A DNA stretch of 64,000 nucleotides. Origin: Parcubacteria group bacterium GW2011_GWA2_40_143 (GTDB lineage Bacteria > Patescibacteriota > Minisyncoccia > UBA9983). Positions within the stretch are counted from its first letter, which is position 1. Each line of letters opens with the position of its first letter. Positions 31,053 through 41,136 of this stretch are shown one piece after another. The notes under the pieces are model-generated. The model was not told the origin of the DNA. It did no database searches and saw nothing but the letters and a program-made list of their open reading frames with translations. The translations under genes were made by a program, and so were the position numbers. The stretch covers positions 21,676 through 85,675 of the forward strand of contig LBYH01000001.1 of NCBI GenBank assembly GCA_000996035.1. Direction: 5' to 3'.

Positions 31053-31733
31053 TTATAACGTATATTTGCCTTTTTTATCATCTCTTATTATTTTACCATC
31101 TTCCAAGGTAACTACTCTTTTACCAAGTGAATCTATAACACCTTTGTTGTGCGTAGCCAGAATGATGGTGGTGCCAAGTTCGTTAATCTTCTCCAATATT
31201 CGTATAATCTCTCTTGTGTTTTCTGGATCAAGATTACCGGTCGGCTCATCGGCTACCACCACGTCCGGTCGATTTATAATAGCTCTGGCTATGGCTACTC
31301 TCTGCCCCTCGCCGCCTGAGAGTTCGTGAGGGAAGCGATGGCTCTTATCAGTAAGACCCACCAAATCAAGCACGTACGGAATATTTTCTTCTATATCCTT
31401 AGTGCTGCGGCCGGAAGCTTCCATGGCGAAAGCAATATTCTCAAAAACGGTTTTACCGGATAAAAGTCTGAAATCTTGGAAAACCATGCCGATTTTTCTT
31501 CTTAAAAAAGGCAATTTTCTTCTGGGCATATAGTGGATATTTACGGATTCAAAAAAAACTTCCCCCTTGCTTGGAGCTTCTTCGGCCAGAAGAATTTTAA
31601 GCAAAGTGCTCTTGCCAGCGCCACTCCTGCCTACCAAAGACACAAACTCTTTAGACTCTATGGTAAGATTGATATCTTTCAAAGCCACGGAATCAGCTGA
31701 ATATATTTTGAATACTTGGTTAAAATAAATCAT
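31053..31733 (-). CDS. ftsE: Cell division ATP-binding protein FtsE
   Basis: GRSGAGKST, LRRKIGMVFQDFRLL and DEPTGNLDP motifs. Confidence 0.93.
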   Translation of the reverse strand: MIYFNQVFKIYSADSVALKDINLTIESKEFVSLVGRSGAGKSTLLKILLAEEAPSKGEVFFESVNIHYMPRRKLPFLRRKIGMVFQDFRLLSGKTVFENIAFAMEASGRSTKDIEENIPYVLDLVGLTDKSHRFPHELSGGEGQRVAIARAIINRPDVVVADEPTGNLDPENTREIIRILEKINELGTTIILATHNKGVIDSLGKRVVTLEDGKIIRDDKKGKYTL

Positions 31734-31735
31734 TT

Positions 31736-32617
31736 TTAATTTAAGTTTTCCGCTTCTATAAACTCATCTATATCTCCTTCAAGCACACCATCCACATCGC
31801 TTGTCTCTACTTCCGTTCTGTGATCCTTTACCATCTTATACGGATGGAAGACGTAAGATCTTATTTGACTTCCCCATTCCGGCTCTACTTTTTGAGCAAT
31901 TCTCATGCTGTCTTTTTCCTCTTCCCGCTCTTTAAGCATTGCTTTGTAAAGTTTAGCTTTGAGCAGATGCATAGCTTTTTCTTTATTCTGCGCTTGTGAC
32001 CGTTCGCTGTCCACGTGCGCCGCTATACCTGATGGCAGATGCACGGCTCTTACCGCCGTCTCTCTCTTGTTTACGTTTTGGCCGCCCGCGCCGCCGGCTC
32101 TCATCAAGTCTATTCTCAAATCTCCTTCTTTTATCTCCACTTCCTCCGGCGCCACAAACTTTGGCGTTATTTCAAGAAGAGCGAAAGCGGTGTGACGAAG
32201 CTTCTTGGCGGAAAATGGCGATACTCTCACTAAGCGATGCACGCCAGCTTCTTTTTTTATTTTACCATATACTCCTTTTCCCTCAAGTTCAAAGGAAATG
32301 TTTTTGTATCCGCCGGTTTCGCTTCTGTGCTCGTGAAGTATTTTCGCCGTCCAATTTTGCTTCTCCGCGTATCTGCGATACATGTTAAAAAGTATCCCGA
32401 CCCAATCTTCCGCGTCATCGCCACCAGCGCCGGCAAAGAGCGTGAGCACGGCGTCACCCTTATCATATTTACCCACGCCTTCAAGTTTGTTTTTAAGCTC
32501 ACCTATTTCCCTTATCACTTCTTGAGCCTTAATCTTGTCTTGCCAGAAGTCCGCGGTTTGCATGGACCCTTCCAAATCCTTTATTTTTTGAGATATTTCT
32601 TCTTTGTTTGTCTTCAT
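31736..32617 (-). CDS. prfB: Peptide chain release factor 2 (short form, no visible +1 frameshift site)
   Basis: SPF tripeptide, GGQ and WGSQIRSY motifs. Confidence 0.9.
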   Translation of the reverse strand: MKTNKEEISQKIKDLEGSMQTADFWQDKIKAQEVIREIGELKNKLEGVGKYDKGDAVLTLFAGAGGDDAEDWVGILFNMYRRYAEKQNWTAKILHEHRSETGGYKNISFELEGKGVYGKIKKEAGVHRLVRVSPFSAKKLRHTAFALLEITPKFVAPEEVEIKEGDLRIDLMRAGGAGGQNVNKRETAVRAVHLPSGIAAHVDSERSQAQNKEKAMHLLKAKLYKAMLKEREEEKDSMRIAQKVEPEWGSQIRSYVFHPYKMVKDHRTEVETSDVDGVLEGDIDEFIEAENLN

Positions 32618-32673
32618 AATGCGATACTCTGATTATAGCAGAAATATCGCTCACTAAGAAAATCTTCATAAGA

Positions 32674-32704
32674 AAAAGCAGGCTTTTCAAGAAAGCCTGC
32701 TTTT
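32674..32704. terminator. Hairpin with A/T tails
   Basis: aaaagcaggcttt...aaagcctgctttt. Confidence 0.55.
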
Positions 32705-32825
32705 GTTTTTTTAAAAAAAGTAAAAATAAGTTTTAAACGAACTTATTTAATTAGATCATACTTGGAATTTATGTCAAGATTTTGACTAATCCTGTTTTAT
32801 GCTAAATTTATAAAGTAATTAAATC

Positions 32826-33860
32826 ATGGATATACAATACAATTTTCAACCGAAACAAAAAAGCGACCTTAAGGCAAAAATCTTTTTACTTATCGTTATA
32901 GGTGGCATTTTGCTGGTTTCATCCGGCGTATTTAGCAGTGATAAAATCGGTGGCAAAGAAGCAGAGGCGGAAGAAGAGCCGCTCAAGTTCCCCTCCGTAA
33001 AGCAGGTGGAGGAGCAAATGCAGATTGGCACCAGCACCGTAATTGTCTTGGCGAATCCGGTGCCACCCGCGCTTTCGACCGGATCGTTTCTTTCCGTTTT
33101 TTCTTATGGTAACGGAAAATCAAAAATACTGGCCGGAAAAGAGCCGGGCAAAAAAATGCCTTTGGCCAGCGTTACCAAACTGATGACGGCTCTAATCGCC
33201 TATCAAAACATATCACCGGAACAAGAGATTGTGATAACGGAAGATATTATAAAAGAAGACAGCTCTCTTAAGTTTTGGGCGGGAGATAGATTCTTCTTTC
33301 GGGATCTATTTTTTGCCATGCTTATAGAATCAAACAACGATGCCGCCAACGCTTTCGCGGCCACGCTCGGCAAAGATAATTTTATAAAAATGATGAACGC
33401 TCAAGCCGCCGAGATAGGCATGATAAATACCTACTACGGCAATCCCACCGGCCTTGATCCGAACATAGACAGAGAGCCCATTATAAACTTCTCCACCGCT
33501 GAAGATATCTTCGTGCTGGCGGAATATATATTAGAAAATAAATCTGAAATCTTTCCCGTTACCACGCTTAAAGAATACGATATTTACAAACTTAAAGGCG
33601 GCTTTAATCACAAAGCCCAAACCACAAACAAGCTTCTTGAGTTTGGCGACACGCTGGCCTGCGCCGGTAAACCCATTAAAATATTAGGCGGCAAAACCGG
33701 CTCCACGGATCTGGCTCGCAAGAATCTTTTGCTTGTCACCGAATCGCCTATTGAAAATAGTCATATTATAAATATCGTTCTCGGCGCGGATGATCACTTC
33801 GCCGACATGACATCTTTAATTGATTGGGTGTGCCAAAATTATGATTGGCAAATATTATAG
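32826..33860 (+). CDS. D-alanyl-D-alanine carboxypeptidase (peptidase S11)
   Basis: ASVTK, SNN and GKTG motifs; N-terminal TM. Confidence 0.88.
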   Translation: MDIQYNFQPKQKSDLKAKIFLLIVIGGILLVSSGVFSSDKIGGKEAEAEEEPLKFPSVKQVEEQMQIGTSTVIVLANPVPPALSTGSFLSVFSYGNGKSKILAGKEPGKKMPLASVTKLMTALIAYQNISPEQEIVITEDIIKEDSSLKFWAGDRFFFRDLFFAMLIESNNDAANAFAATLGKDNFIKMMNAQAAEIGMINTYYGNPTGLDPNIDREPIINFSTAEDIFVLAEYILENKSEIFPVTTLKEYDIYKLKGGFNHKAQTTNKLLEFGDTLACAGKPIKILGGKTGSTDLARKNLLLVTESPIENSHIINIVLGADDHFADMTSLIDWVCQNYDWQIL

Positions 33861-34547
33861 ATTTTCGTTTTTGTGTTGCTGATTTTCTTTCTCCTTTTTT
33901 ATTGCCATATCCTCTCTCCAAAGCTTTTTCTGCATTTTGTAAACCATTAAGATCATTACTACTGCTTCCGCGCCAATTATAAAAGGCAAGGCCTTTTGAG
34001 CCAAATTAACGCCAAAGATTATCAAAAGAGTATTAAGTAAAATAATGGCTATCCTGCCTTCAGTCGGACCCATCCGCAAGAAAGAGATATCCAGTTTGCT
34101 TGAAGATATAAAGGAAAGATAAACACTGACCATAAAAGAAGAAGAGAGCGTTAGTATAATCAAAAAGAGTATGGCAAAACCGGGCGGGAACAATAAGGCG
34201 TAAGCGATAATGATTGAGCTTAAAAACAAATAGTCCAGAAAATGATCCATATAATACCCCCACTTGATAAGTCCGGTATCTCTGTATCTGCCGAGCGCTC
34301 CATCAAACAGATCGGTTATGTATTGGAAAATTATCATCAAAGAAATAAACCATAGCCAATTTATATCGTTTCGCGCAAGCCAGCCAAACAAAACAATCAA
34401 GCCACTCCAAAGAAAAGTTAAGCAAGTGAGATGATAAGTTTCTATAAAACGCGGAATATGCGGAACTATCTTGTTTCTGAATTTATTTTCAGCGTCCTGC
34501 GTAAACCATTTTCCTTCTTTTTGATTGTCGGTAATTATTTTGCTCAT
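33855..34547 (-). CDS. CDP-alcohol phosphatidyltransferase family protein
   Basis: DLFDGALGR..G..WGYYMDHFLD motif. Confidence 0.85.
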   Translation of the reverse strand: MSKIITDNQKEGKWFTQDAENKFRNKIVPHIPRFIETYHLTCLTFLWSGLIVLFGWLARNDINWLWFISLMIIFQYITDLFDGALGRYRDTGLIKWGYYMDHFLDYLFLSSIIIAYALLFPPGFAILFLIILTLSSSFMVSVYLSFISSSKLDISFLRMGPTEGRIAIILLNTLLIIFGVNLAQKALPFIIGAEAVVMILMVYKMQKKLWREDMAIKKEKENQQHKNENL

Positions 34548-34649
34548 AATGTATTTTAACTAAATTTAGCATAAAATGCATTCCATGAATATCGTATACT
34601 AGGCTTTGCTACCCTCTCGTAAAATATATTCACTTCGTTCATTATTTTA

Positions 34650-34734
34650 CGGAGGGTGAGAGATTCGAACTCTCGGTGGGTTGCCCCACACAGTCTTTCC
34701 AGGACTGCGCACTAGACCACTATGCGAACCCTCC
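34650..34734 (-). tRNA. tRNA-Ser(GGA), CCA not encoded
   Basis: Anticodon loop CTGGAAA, long variable arm, GTTCGAATC T-loop. Confidence 0.92.
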
Positions 34735-35105
34735 TTTTTTATATTATTTAATTAATGTTCGGGTTCGCGACATGGAACTCCCTCCAAAACATAAGTATTA
34801 TAGCAAAAAACGACCAAAATGACCAATTAAAACAAACGCCCATGATATTTCTATCATGGGGCTTTTTCAAGATTTTGAGAAAAAATCTCAAGGAAAATGG
34901 ATAAAGTTTTTTCTATACCACCGGTGCAAAATTTTGCGTGGCAATAATTCTCCCAATCTTCCCAGATTTTTTGATGTAAATCTCCGGAAACATTATATTC
35001 AAGAGCAATTCTTAAAAAATCTTCTTTCTTCATTTTGATCCTCCTTTTTCTATATGAAAAATAAAAAATGCAGGATAAATTTAAGATACTATTTTCTACT
35101 GTACA

Positions 35106-36002
35106 TTATACCCCTTCTTTCTTATCTCGCAAAGCGCACAATCTCTCCTCTATCGGCGGATGAGTGGCAAACCAACCGGCTATGCGACTAGACTTAGGCG
35201 AGGATATGTATAAGTGAGCGGTGGCTTTATTGTATCGCCTCATCGGCATCTTATAGTTTGAAATTTTTTCCAACGCCGAGGCCAGTCCCTCAGGATATCG
35301 GGTAAGAAGCGATCCCGAAGCATCGGCTAAAAATTCCCTTTTGCGAGATATGGCAAGCTGAATGAGCGTTACGGCAATGGGCGCCAGAATAGCTAAGACA
35401 ATGCCGGCCAACATCATTATCATCTGAACGCGGCCATCTCCATCTCTATCTCTGCTTCTCCCACCTCCAAATAAAGTAAACCTCAGAAAGAAGTCGGAAA
35501 GAAGAGCCACAAAGCCAACTAAAATCACCACTATGGTAGAAAGCAAGATGTCTCTATTACCAATGTGAGAGAGCTCATGCGCGATTACTCCTTCCATTTC
35601 GTTTTTATTTAATACATCCAGCAAGCCGCTGGTAACGGCCACGGCGGCATGTTCTTGATTCCTGCCGGTGGCAAAAGCGTTTGGCGCCGGATCGTTTACG
35701 ATATAAAGTTTTGGCATTTTAAGCCCGGCGGTAATGCAAAGATTTTCCACAATTCTTACCAGATCCAAATGTTCTTCTCTTTTTATCGGCTTAGCGCCGG
35801 AAATTTTAAGCACGATTTTGTCGGAATACCAGAAACTGAAAAAGTTCATAAATAAACTAAAGGCCACGGCGATATAAACGAAAGACGGATCACCAAAGGC
35901 CTGCGAGAATACCCAGCCAATACCAATAACCGCCACCAAAAAAATGACCATAAGCGCCCACGTGCGACGAATATTTTTATCTTGTTGAGTGTATAGATTC
36001 AT
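35106..36002 (-). CDS. htpX: Zinc metalloprotease HtpX
   Basis: PNAFATG, HELSH, SRKREFLAD and THPP motifs. Confidence 0.92.
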   Translation of the reverse strand: MNLYTQQDKNIRRTWALMVIFLVAVIGIGWVFSQAFGDPSFVYIAVAFSLFMNFFSFWYSDKIVLKISGAKPIKREEHLDLVRIVENLCITAGLKMPKLYIVNDPAPNAFATGRNQEHAAVAVTSGLLDVLNKNEMEGVIAHELSHIGNRDILLSTIVVILVGFVALLSDFFLRFTLFGGGRSRDRDGDGRVQMIMMLAGIVLAILAPIAVTLIQLAISRKREFLADASGSLLTRYPEGLASALEKISNYKMPMRRYNKATAHLYISSPKSSRIAGWFATHPPIEERLCALRDKKEGV

Positions 36003-36559
36003 TAAAAACTAACCTTCACCGGCTCTTTGGCCGCTTCCTCTTCCAGTTCAAAAAAATCTTGTTTTTTGAATTTAAACATATTGCCAACGATATTGTTTGG
36101 AAATGTTTCCAGCTTGATGTTAAAATCTCGCACATTGGTATTGTAAAAACGACGGGCCGCTTGAATTTTATTTTCCGTATCGGAAAGCTCGTCTTGTAGC
36201 TTAGTAAAACTCTCTACCGCGCGCAATTGCGGATAGGCTTCAGCTATGGCAAAAATAGACTTAAGAGCAGAGCTCACCATATTGTCCGCCTCCCCTTTCT
36301 CGGCCACTGTTTGAGCGCCGAGTGCTTTGGCTCTGGCTTCAGTTACCTTCTCAAATGCCTCTCTTTCGTGAGTGGCGTAGCCTTTTACCGTCTCCACCAA
36401 GTTTGGGATAAGATCATAGCGTCTTTTGAGCTGCACATCTATGTCGGCCCAAGCCTCTTTAGTGCGGTTTAAAAGACGCACGAAACCGTTGTATATGGCT
36501 ATAAACCAAGCCGCCGCTATGGCAGCAACACCTATTATTATATATGTAACCGTATTCAT
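36002..36559 (-). CDS. lemA: LemA family protein
   Basis: IDVQLKRRYDLIPNLV and ARRFYN motifs; the usual lemA-htpX pair. Confidence 0.93.
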   Translation of the reverse strand: MNTVTYIIIGVAAIAAAWFIAIYNGFVRLLNRTKEAWADIDVQLKRRYDLIPNLVETVKGYATHEREAFEKVTEARAKALGAQTVAEKGEADNMVSSALKSIFAIAEAYPQLRAVESFTKLQDELSDTENKIQAARRFYNTNVRDFNIKLETFPNNIVGNMFKFKKQDFFELEEEAAKEPVKVSF

Positions 36560-36621
36560 AATATTGATACTAAAAGCCTATAATAAATAATTATAGCATA
36601 TTGGGAAAATAATAGAGTAAG

Positions 36622-37707
36622 CTACTCTCCCGCCAACTGACCGCAAGCGGCAAGAATATCTTCCCCGAAAGAAACACGCTGAGTTACGGATACGCCAAGC
36701 TTTTTAAGCGTGTCAAAAAAAACGTCTCGCTTAGCCTTGAGCGATGGTTTATATGTTCCGCCAGTATCATGATATTTAATGAGATTTACATGATACAGAT
36801 GCCCTTTCATTAGCTTGGCAAGTTCATACGCGTCTTCTCTGCTGTCATTTACCCCATCTATAAGCAGATACTCAAACATTACTTTTCGGTTTGTTTTTTT
36901 AATGTAATTATCTATGGCGGTCATAAGAGCGGCGATCGGATAAACTTTATTTATAGGCATAAGTTTTGTTCTTATTTCGTCATTGGCGCCGTGCAGAGAA
37001 ACAGCGAGATTTATTTGCAATTTTTCTTCCGCAAATTTCTTTATGGCCGGCGTTATGCCGCAAGTGGAAATTGAGATATGCCTTATGCCAAGATTAAAGC
37101 CGTCTTTGTCGTTTAATATTCTTGCAGCTTCCATTACATTATCGTAATTTAAAAATGGCTCGCCCATGCCCATAAAGACAATGTTGTCTATGGCATTGCG
37201 ACCATCAATGCGACCATCAAGGGGAGTCCTTGATATCAAGGACTCCCCTTGATGGTTTTCAGACTTCAAATACCGCGCAAAAAATAAAACTTGTTCAACA
37301 ATCTCCTCGCTTGCAAGATTGCGTTTATAGCCTGCCTTGCCGGTGGCGCAAAAACCGCAAGCCATGGCGCAACCGGCCTGAGAAGATATACATACGGTAT
37401 TGCGGCCGACCACTTGTTCTGAGCCGGTCGCAAGATGCTTCATCAGCACGGTTTCTATTTTTAAGCCGTCACTCGTCTCAAACACCACTTTCACGGAATC
37501 ACCTTTTTTTGATTCAAGAGTTTTTATGTTTTTAAGACACGAAAAAGCAAATTTTTCATCCAGACTGTCGCGCAAATCTTTCGGCAAAAATTTTATATCT
37601 TGCCAGCTCGTTGCCAAATCCACAAACACCGCCTTCTTAATTTCTTTAAGACGATAAGGTTTGTGGCCATTTTCAGCCAAAAAATTTTCTATGTCTTTAA
37701 TATTCAT
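36622..37707 (-). CDS. rlmN: 23S rRNA m2A2503 radical-SAM methyltransferase RlmN, with an in-frame palindromic insertion
   Basis: CISSQAGCAMACGFC, MGMGEP and AACGQL motifs. Confidence 0.93.
   Translation of the reverse strand: MNIKDIENFLAENGHKPYRLKEIKKAVFVDLATSWQDIKFLPKDLRDSLDEKFAFSCLKNIKTLESKKGDSVKVVFETSDGLKIETVLMKHLATGSEQVVGRNTVCISSQAGCAMACGFCATGKAGYKRNLASEEIVEQVLFFARYLKSENHQGESLISRTPLDGRIDGRNAIDNIVFMGMGEPFLNYDNVMEAARILNDKDGFNLGIRHISISTCGITPAIKKFAEEKLQINLAVSLHGANDEIRTKLMPINKVYPIAALMTAIDNYIKKTNRKVMFEYLLIDGVNDSREDAYELAKLMKGHLYHVNLIKYHDTGGTYKPSLKAKRDVFFDTLKKLGVSVTQRVSFGEDILAACGQLAGE
37213..37256. repeat. REP doublet (44-bp perfect palindrome) inside rlmN
   Basis: accatcaaggggagtccttgat|atcaaggactccccttgatggt; same unit as the hairpins flanking the RAYT. 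Confidence 0.9.
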
Positions 37708-37740
37708 TTGATATGATATTCTTTGAATTACGAAATAATA

Positions 37741-38571
37741 TCATTTGCTTAAATATGCAAGATTCTCAAACAAAACCGCCACGGTTACAGGTCCCACGCC
37801 GCCGGGCACCGGGGTAAAAAAATAAGCTTTTTCTTCCACTCCCGGCGCCATATCGCCGGCCAGTTTGCCGCCTTGCTCAGAAGTACCAGCATCTACGATA
37901 GTTACCCCTTCTTTTACCATATCAGAAGTGATGATACCCGGCGCGCCGACACCGGAAATTATAATATCCGCGGCGATTGTCTTCTCTTTGGGGTTTATCG
38001 TTTGCTTGTCTATAACAACGGTCTTGACGCCAATATTCTCAAACCAAGTCGCAACCGGTTTGCCCACCAGAGAACCTCGGCCGAAAATTACTATATTTTT
38101 CAAAGCCAAATCTTTAGCGTTTAAACCAATCTTCTCTAAAATAACTTTTACCGCGCCTGTTACCGGCGGCAAAATAACACTATTACCTTCCTTAAAATTT
38201 TTCTGAGAAAAAGAAGACAACATGTCTATATCTTTTTCCGACGAAATATTATCTAAAATTTCTTTCTGAGCTTGGCGCAGACTCTCCGGCAGCGGCAACT
38301 GAACAATTACTCCGGAAATATTTTTATCGGCGCAAATTGTTTTTATTTTAGTTTTAAGATCTTCTTTACTTATGCTCTCCGGCAATTTAATGACGTCGGT
38401 TTCCACGCCTATCTCCTCGGCAAATTTTTTCTTCATCTTTATAAATCTCTCAGACACATCATTCTTGCCAACTTGAACAACGGCAAGACAAAGCCTCTTG
38501 CCTGATTGAGAAACTTTTTCTTTAAGCGTTTGTTTTATTTCTTCCGCTATTTTTTTTCCGTCTATTATCAT
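37741..38571 (-). CDS. folD: Methylenetetrahydrofolate dehydrogenase/cyclohydrolase FolD
   Basis: VQLPLP, EKDID, GRGSLVGKP and TPVPGGVGPVT motifs. Confidence 0.9.
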   Translation of the reverse strand: MIIDGKKIAEEIKQTLKEKVSQSGKRLCLAVVQVGKNDVSERFIKMKKKFAEEIGVETDVIKLPESISKEDLKTKIKTICADKNISGVIVQLPLPESLRQAQKEILDNISSEKDIDMLSSFSQKNFKEGNSVILPPVTGAVKVILEKIGLNAKDLALKNIVIFGRGSLVGKPVATWFENIGVKTVVIDKQTINPKEKTIAADIIISGVGAPGIITSDMVKEGVTIVDAGTSEQGGKLAGDMAPGVEEKAYFFTPVPGGVGPVTVAVLFENLAYLSK

Positions 38572-38580
38572 GTTTAAAAT

Positions 38581-39717
38581 TTAATCAAACTTAGATTCCA
38601 AATATTCCGCCTCTATTTCTTCCGAACGAGCATGCCTTGAGTATCTTCTCATGCCCATTAAAATTCCGAGACTCATATACACCGTGGCCATGTGCGAACC
38701 TCCATAACTTAAAAACGGCAAAGTAGTACCCGTAATCGGCAGAAGGCCTATATTCATACCTATATGCACGAAGAAATGAGCGGCCAAAAAAGAAGCTACG
38801 CCGATCCCAAAAAGAGTTTCAAAATTGCTTTGCCCAAGATAAGCGTTTTTAAGCACTCGCCACACTACAATAGCATAAAAGATAAAAACAAACATAGCGC
38901 CGACAAAACCCCATTCTTCCACGAAAGCGGCAAAGATAAAGTCGGTTTGATGTTCCGGAAGAAACTCAAGCCTGCTCTGGCTGCCAAAGCCTATGCCTTT
39001 GCCAAACATTCCGCCGGAACCAACGGCAATGGTGGACTGAAGCGCGTTATAACCGGCGCCGCGCGCATCTCTCGCCGGATTTAAAAAGGTAAGAATACGA
39101 TCTTTTTGGTATGGCTCAAAAGCAAAAAACCAAGAAATGCTCAGGAGGGTGGTTAAAATAAGAACAATGGCAATGAGGTGTCTCTTGCTTATGCCAGCCA
39201 CCATAATCATAGCCAGCCAGATGAGAAAAAGTATTATGGCCGAGCCAAAATCCGGTTGCAGAAAAACCAAAAAAGTTGGTATGCCGACATAAAGACCCGG
39301 GATTATAATATGCCTGATGTTGGCTATCTCTATATGCCGACGAGAAAAATATTTTGCCAATATGAAAATTATGAGTATTTTGAGCGGATCTACCGGCTCT
39401 ATGGAAAAGAGCCCCAGATCAAACCAGCTGGCCGCTCCCTTTGTAACCTTGCCGGTCACCAGTAAAATCATCAAAAAGAAATTGGCCACCAAGAACAAGA
39501 CAACTAAAACTTCCGTTTTTTTAAAAATACGCCAATCCACAAAACTGAAAGAAAAAAACAGGAACATGCTGAAAATTATCCAGTAAACCTGTCTGGTAAA
39601 ATAATAATCCGATTCCAGCCCGAAAGACCTCATGCTTATAAGCCCTGCCGCCAGAAGAGGCAAAGTGGCAATAAACAGAACCCAGTCTATGCTGGCATTT
39701 TTATATATCGCTCTCAT
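38581..39717 (-). CDS. rodA: SEDS peptidoglycan polymerase RodA
   Basis: LQPDFGS, LPEHQTDFIFA and LPFLSYGGS motifs. Confidence 0.88.
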   Translation of the reverse strand: MRAIYKNASIDWVLFIATLPLLAAGLISMRSFGLESDYYFTRQVYWIIFSMFLFFSFSFVDWRIFKKTEVLVVLFLVANFFLMILLVTGKVTKGAASWFDLGLFSIEPVDPLKILIIFILAKYFSRRHIEIANIRHIIIPGLYVGIPTFLVFLQPDFGSAIILFLIWLAMIMVAGISKRHLIAIVLILTTLLSISWFFAFEPYQKDRILTFLNPARDARGAGYNALQSTIAVGSGGMFGKGIGFGSQSRLEFLPEHQTDFIFAAFVEEWGFVGAMFVFIFYAIVVWRVLKNAYLGQSNFETLFGIGVASFLAAHFFVHIGMNIGLLPITGTTLPFLSYGGSHMATVYMSLGILMGMRRYSRHARSEEIEAEYLESKFD

Positions 39718-39725
39718 GATATTTT

Positions 39726-40487
39726 TTACGGATTAAAGCTGGATGGTTCAATAGAAATGATTAACTCCACCGAATCCACGTCGTCTTCAAAATCGTACGG
39801 CCATGTAAAGTATACGTCACTGCTGTTGCCCGCTTCAAGAACTTCCAAACGGGTGGCGCTGACCGCGATGGCGTTACCATTAAAATTATAAATAATAGCC
39901 GTCGCCCAAACACCCTTGGCATCTTGGATGGATTTATTCGCGAGAGTGGCTGAAAGTTTTGGAAACCGGTCATCATTATATTCTTTATTGGTTACTATGA
40001 TACTTAACTTGTCATCTCTATTGATATCCCATTTTATATCCTTCTCAAATTCAATAAAAGCTTTGATTGGCTCTCTTCTGCCCGTATCTATATTGCTCTC
40101 AAAGATGGCAAATTTCTGTCCGGGCGGAGCAAAAGTTTGTCCGCTTTTTACCGCCACGAGCACATTATTTTTATCATACAGCTTGAATTGATATTTAATT
40201 GCTTCGGACACAAGAGAAAGATTCCTGTTTTCAACCATGGCAACAACATCGTAATTACCATTTTCCACCTTAAGCGGTCTCACCCATATTGAAACAAGAT
40301 CTTTTATGTCCCCCAGACACATTTTAGAACAAGAACCGCCACAATCTACACCTTCTTCATTTTGATTTTGTTTATCGTCATCGCAAGTCGGCGCGGTGAT
40401 TTTGATAGCAAACAATCCGCCGATACCGGCGATAATAAGAAAAAATATCAAAAAGTAAAATAATTGTCTTTTTGCCGCCCAATTCAT
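39726..40487 (-). CDS. Hypothetical membrane-anchored protein with CDDDKQNQNEEGVDCGGSC motif
   Basis: N-terminal TM; likely start MNWAAK behind TGCTATAAT. Confidence 0.7.
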   Translation of the reverse strand: MNWAAKRQLFYFLIFFLIIAGIGGLFAIKITAPTCDDDKQNQNEEGVDCGGSCSKMCLGDIKDLVSIWVRPLKVENGNYDVVAMVENRNLSLVSEAIKYQFKLYDKNNVLVAVKSGQTFAPPGQKFAIFESNIDTGRREPIKAFIEFEKDIKWDINRDDKLSIIVTNKEYNDDRFPKLSATLANKSIQDAKGVWATAIIYNFNGNAIAVSATRLEVLEAGNSSDVYFTWPYDFEDDVDSVELIISIEPSSFNP

Positions 40488-40506
40488 GAACATATTATAG
40501 CACAAC

Positions 40507-40535
40507 AAAAGCGGACGCCGAAACGCCCGCTTTTG
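40507..40535 (-). terminator. rRNA operon terminator
   Basis: aaaagcggacg-ccgaaa-cgcccgctttt hairpin downstream of 5S. Confidence 0.65.
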
Positions 40536-40558
40536 TGCTTTGAACGATTAAATACTTT

Positions 40559-40668
40559 GTACCGGCGACTGCCTACTTTCCCCAAAAGAGTATCATCGGC
40601 ACTACGGCGTTTTACTTCTGTGTTCGGAATGGGAACAGGTAGTTCCACCGCGTCAAGTCACCAGAACA
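40559..40668 (-). rRNA. rrf: 5S rRNA (ends approximate)
   Basis: Reverse complement contains CCTGTTCCCATTCCGAACACAGAAGT; terminal helix present. Confidence 0.9.
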
Positions 40669-40863
40669 AAGTATTTAATCGCTAAATCAATATTCAAACA
40701 AGGATTTTAAGTATTTTAAATTTCAAAACAAATAAGTGGCTGAAATTTACAAAGTTCCTAATAGGACGACAATTAGTACTTCTCGGCTTAATCCGTTGCC
40801 GGACTTACACCTAAAGCCTATCAAGGTTGTCATCTTCAACCTGTCTTAGATTCCTAATCTTGG

Positions 40864-40905
<42 letters not shown>

Positions 40906-41031
40906 CAACATAGCTACCCAGCAATGCTCCTGGCGGAACAACTGGTACACCAGAGGTTAGTCCACTCTGATCCTCTCGTACAAAGAGCAGATCTCCTCAA
41001 GAATCAAACGCCTGCAGCAGATAGGAGACCA

Positions 41032-41066
<35 letters not shown>

Positions 41067-41136
41067 TCTTTTTAATTGGCGAACAGCCAAACCCTTGGGA
41101 CCTTCTCCAGCCCCAGGATAAGATGAGCCGACATCG

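Noticed and set aside
31736-32617. Short prfB as a pseudogene or missed frameshift
   Set aside because: It has its own TGCTATAAT promoter and ATG, intact SPF and GGQ motifs, and no upstream CTT-TGA frame was seen; treated as a compact RF2.
34856-35038. 60-aa ORF between tRNA-Ser and htpX
   Set aside because: No recognisable motif or supporting signals.
37400-38285. Possible further repeat relics in rlmN (LATGSEQVVG) and folD (SLRQAQ)
   Set aside because: Degenerate, and no clear multicopy parent exists in this window; orthologue alignments are needed.
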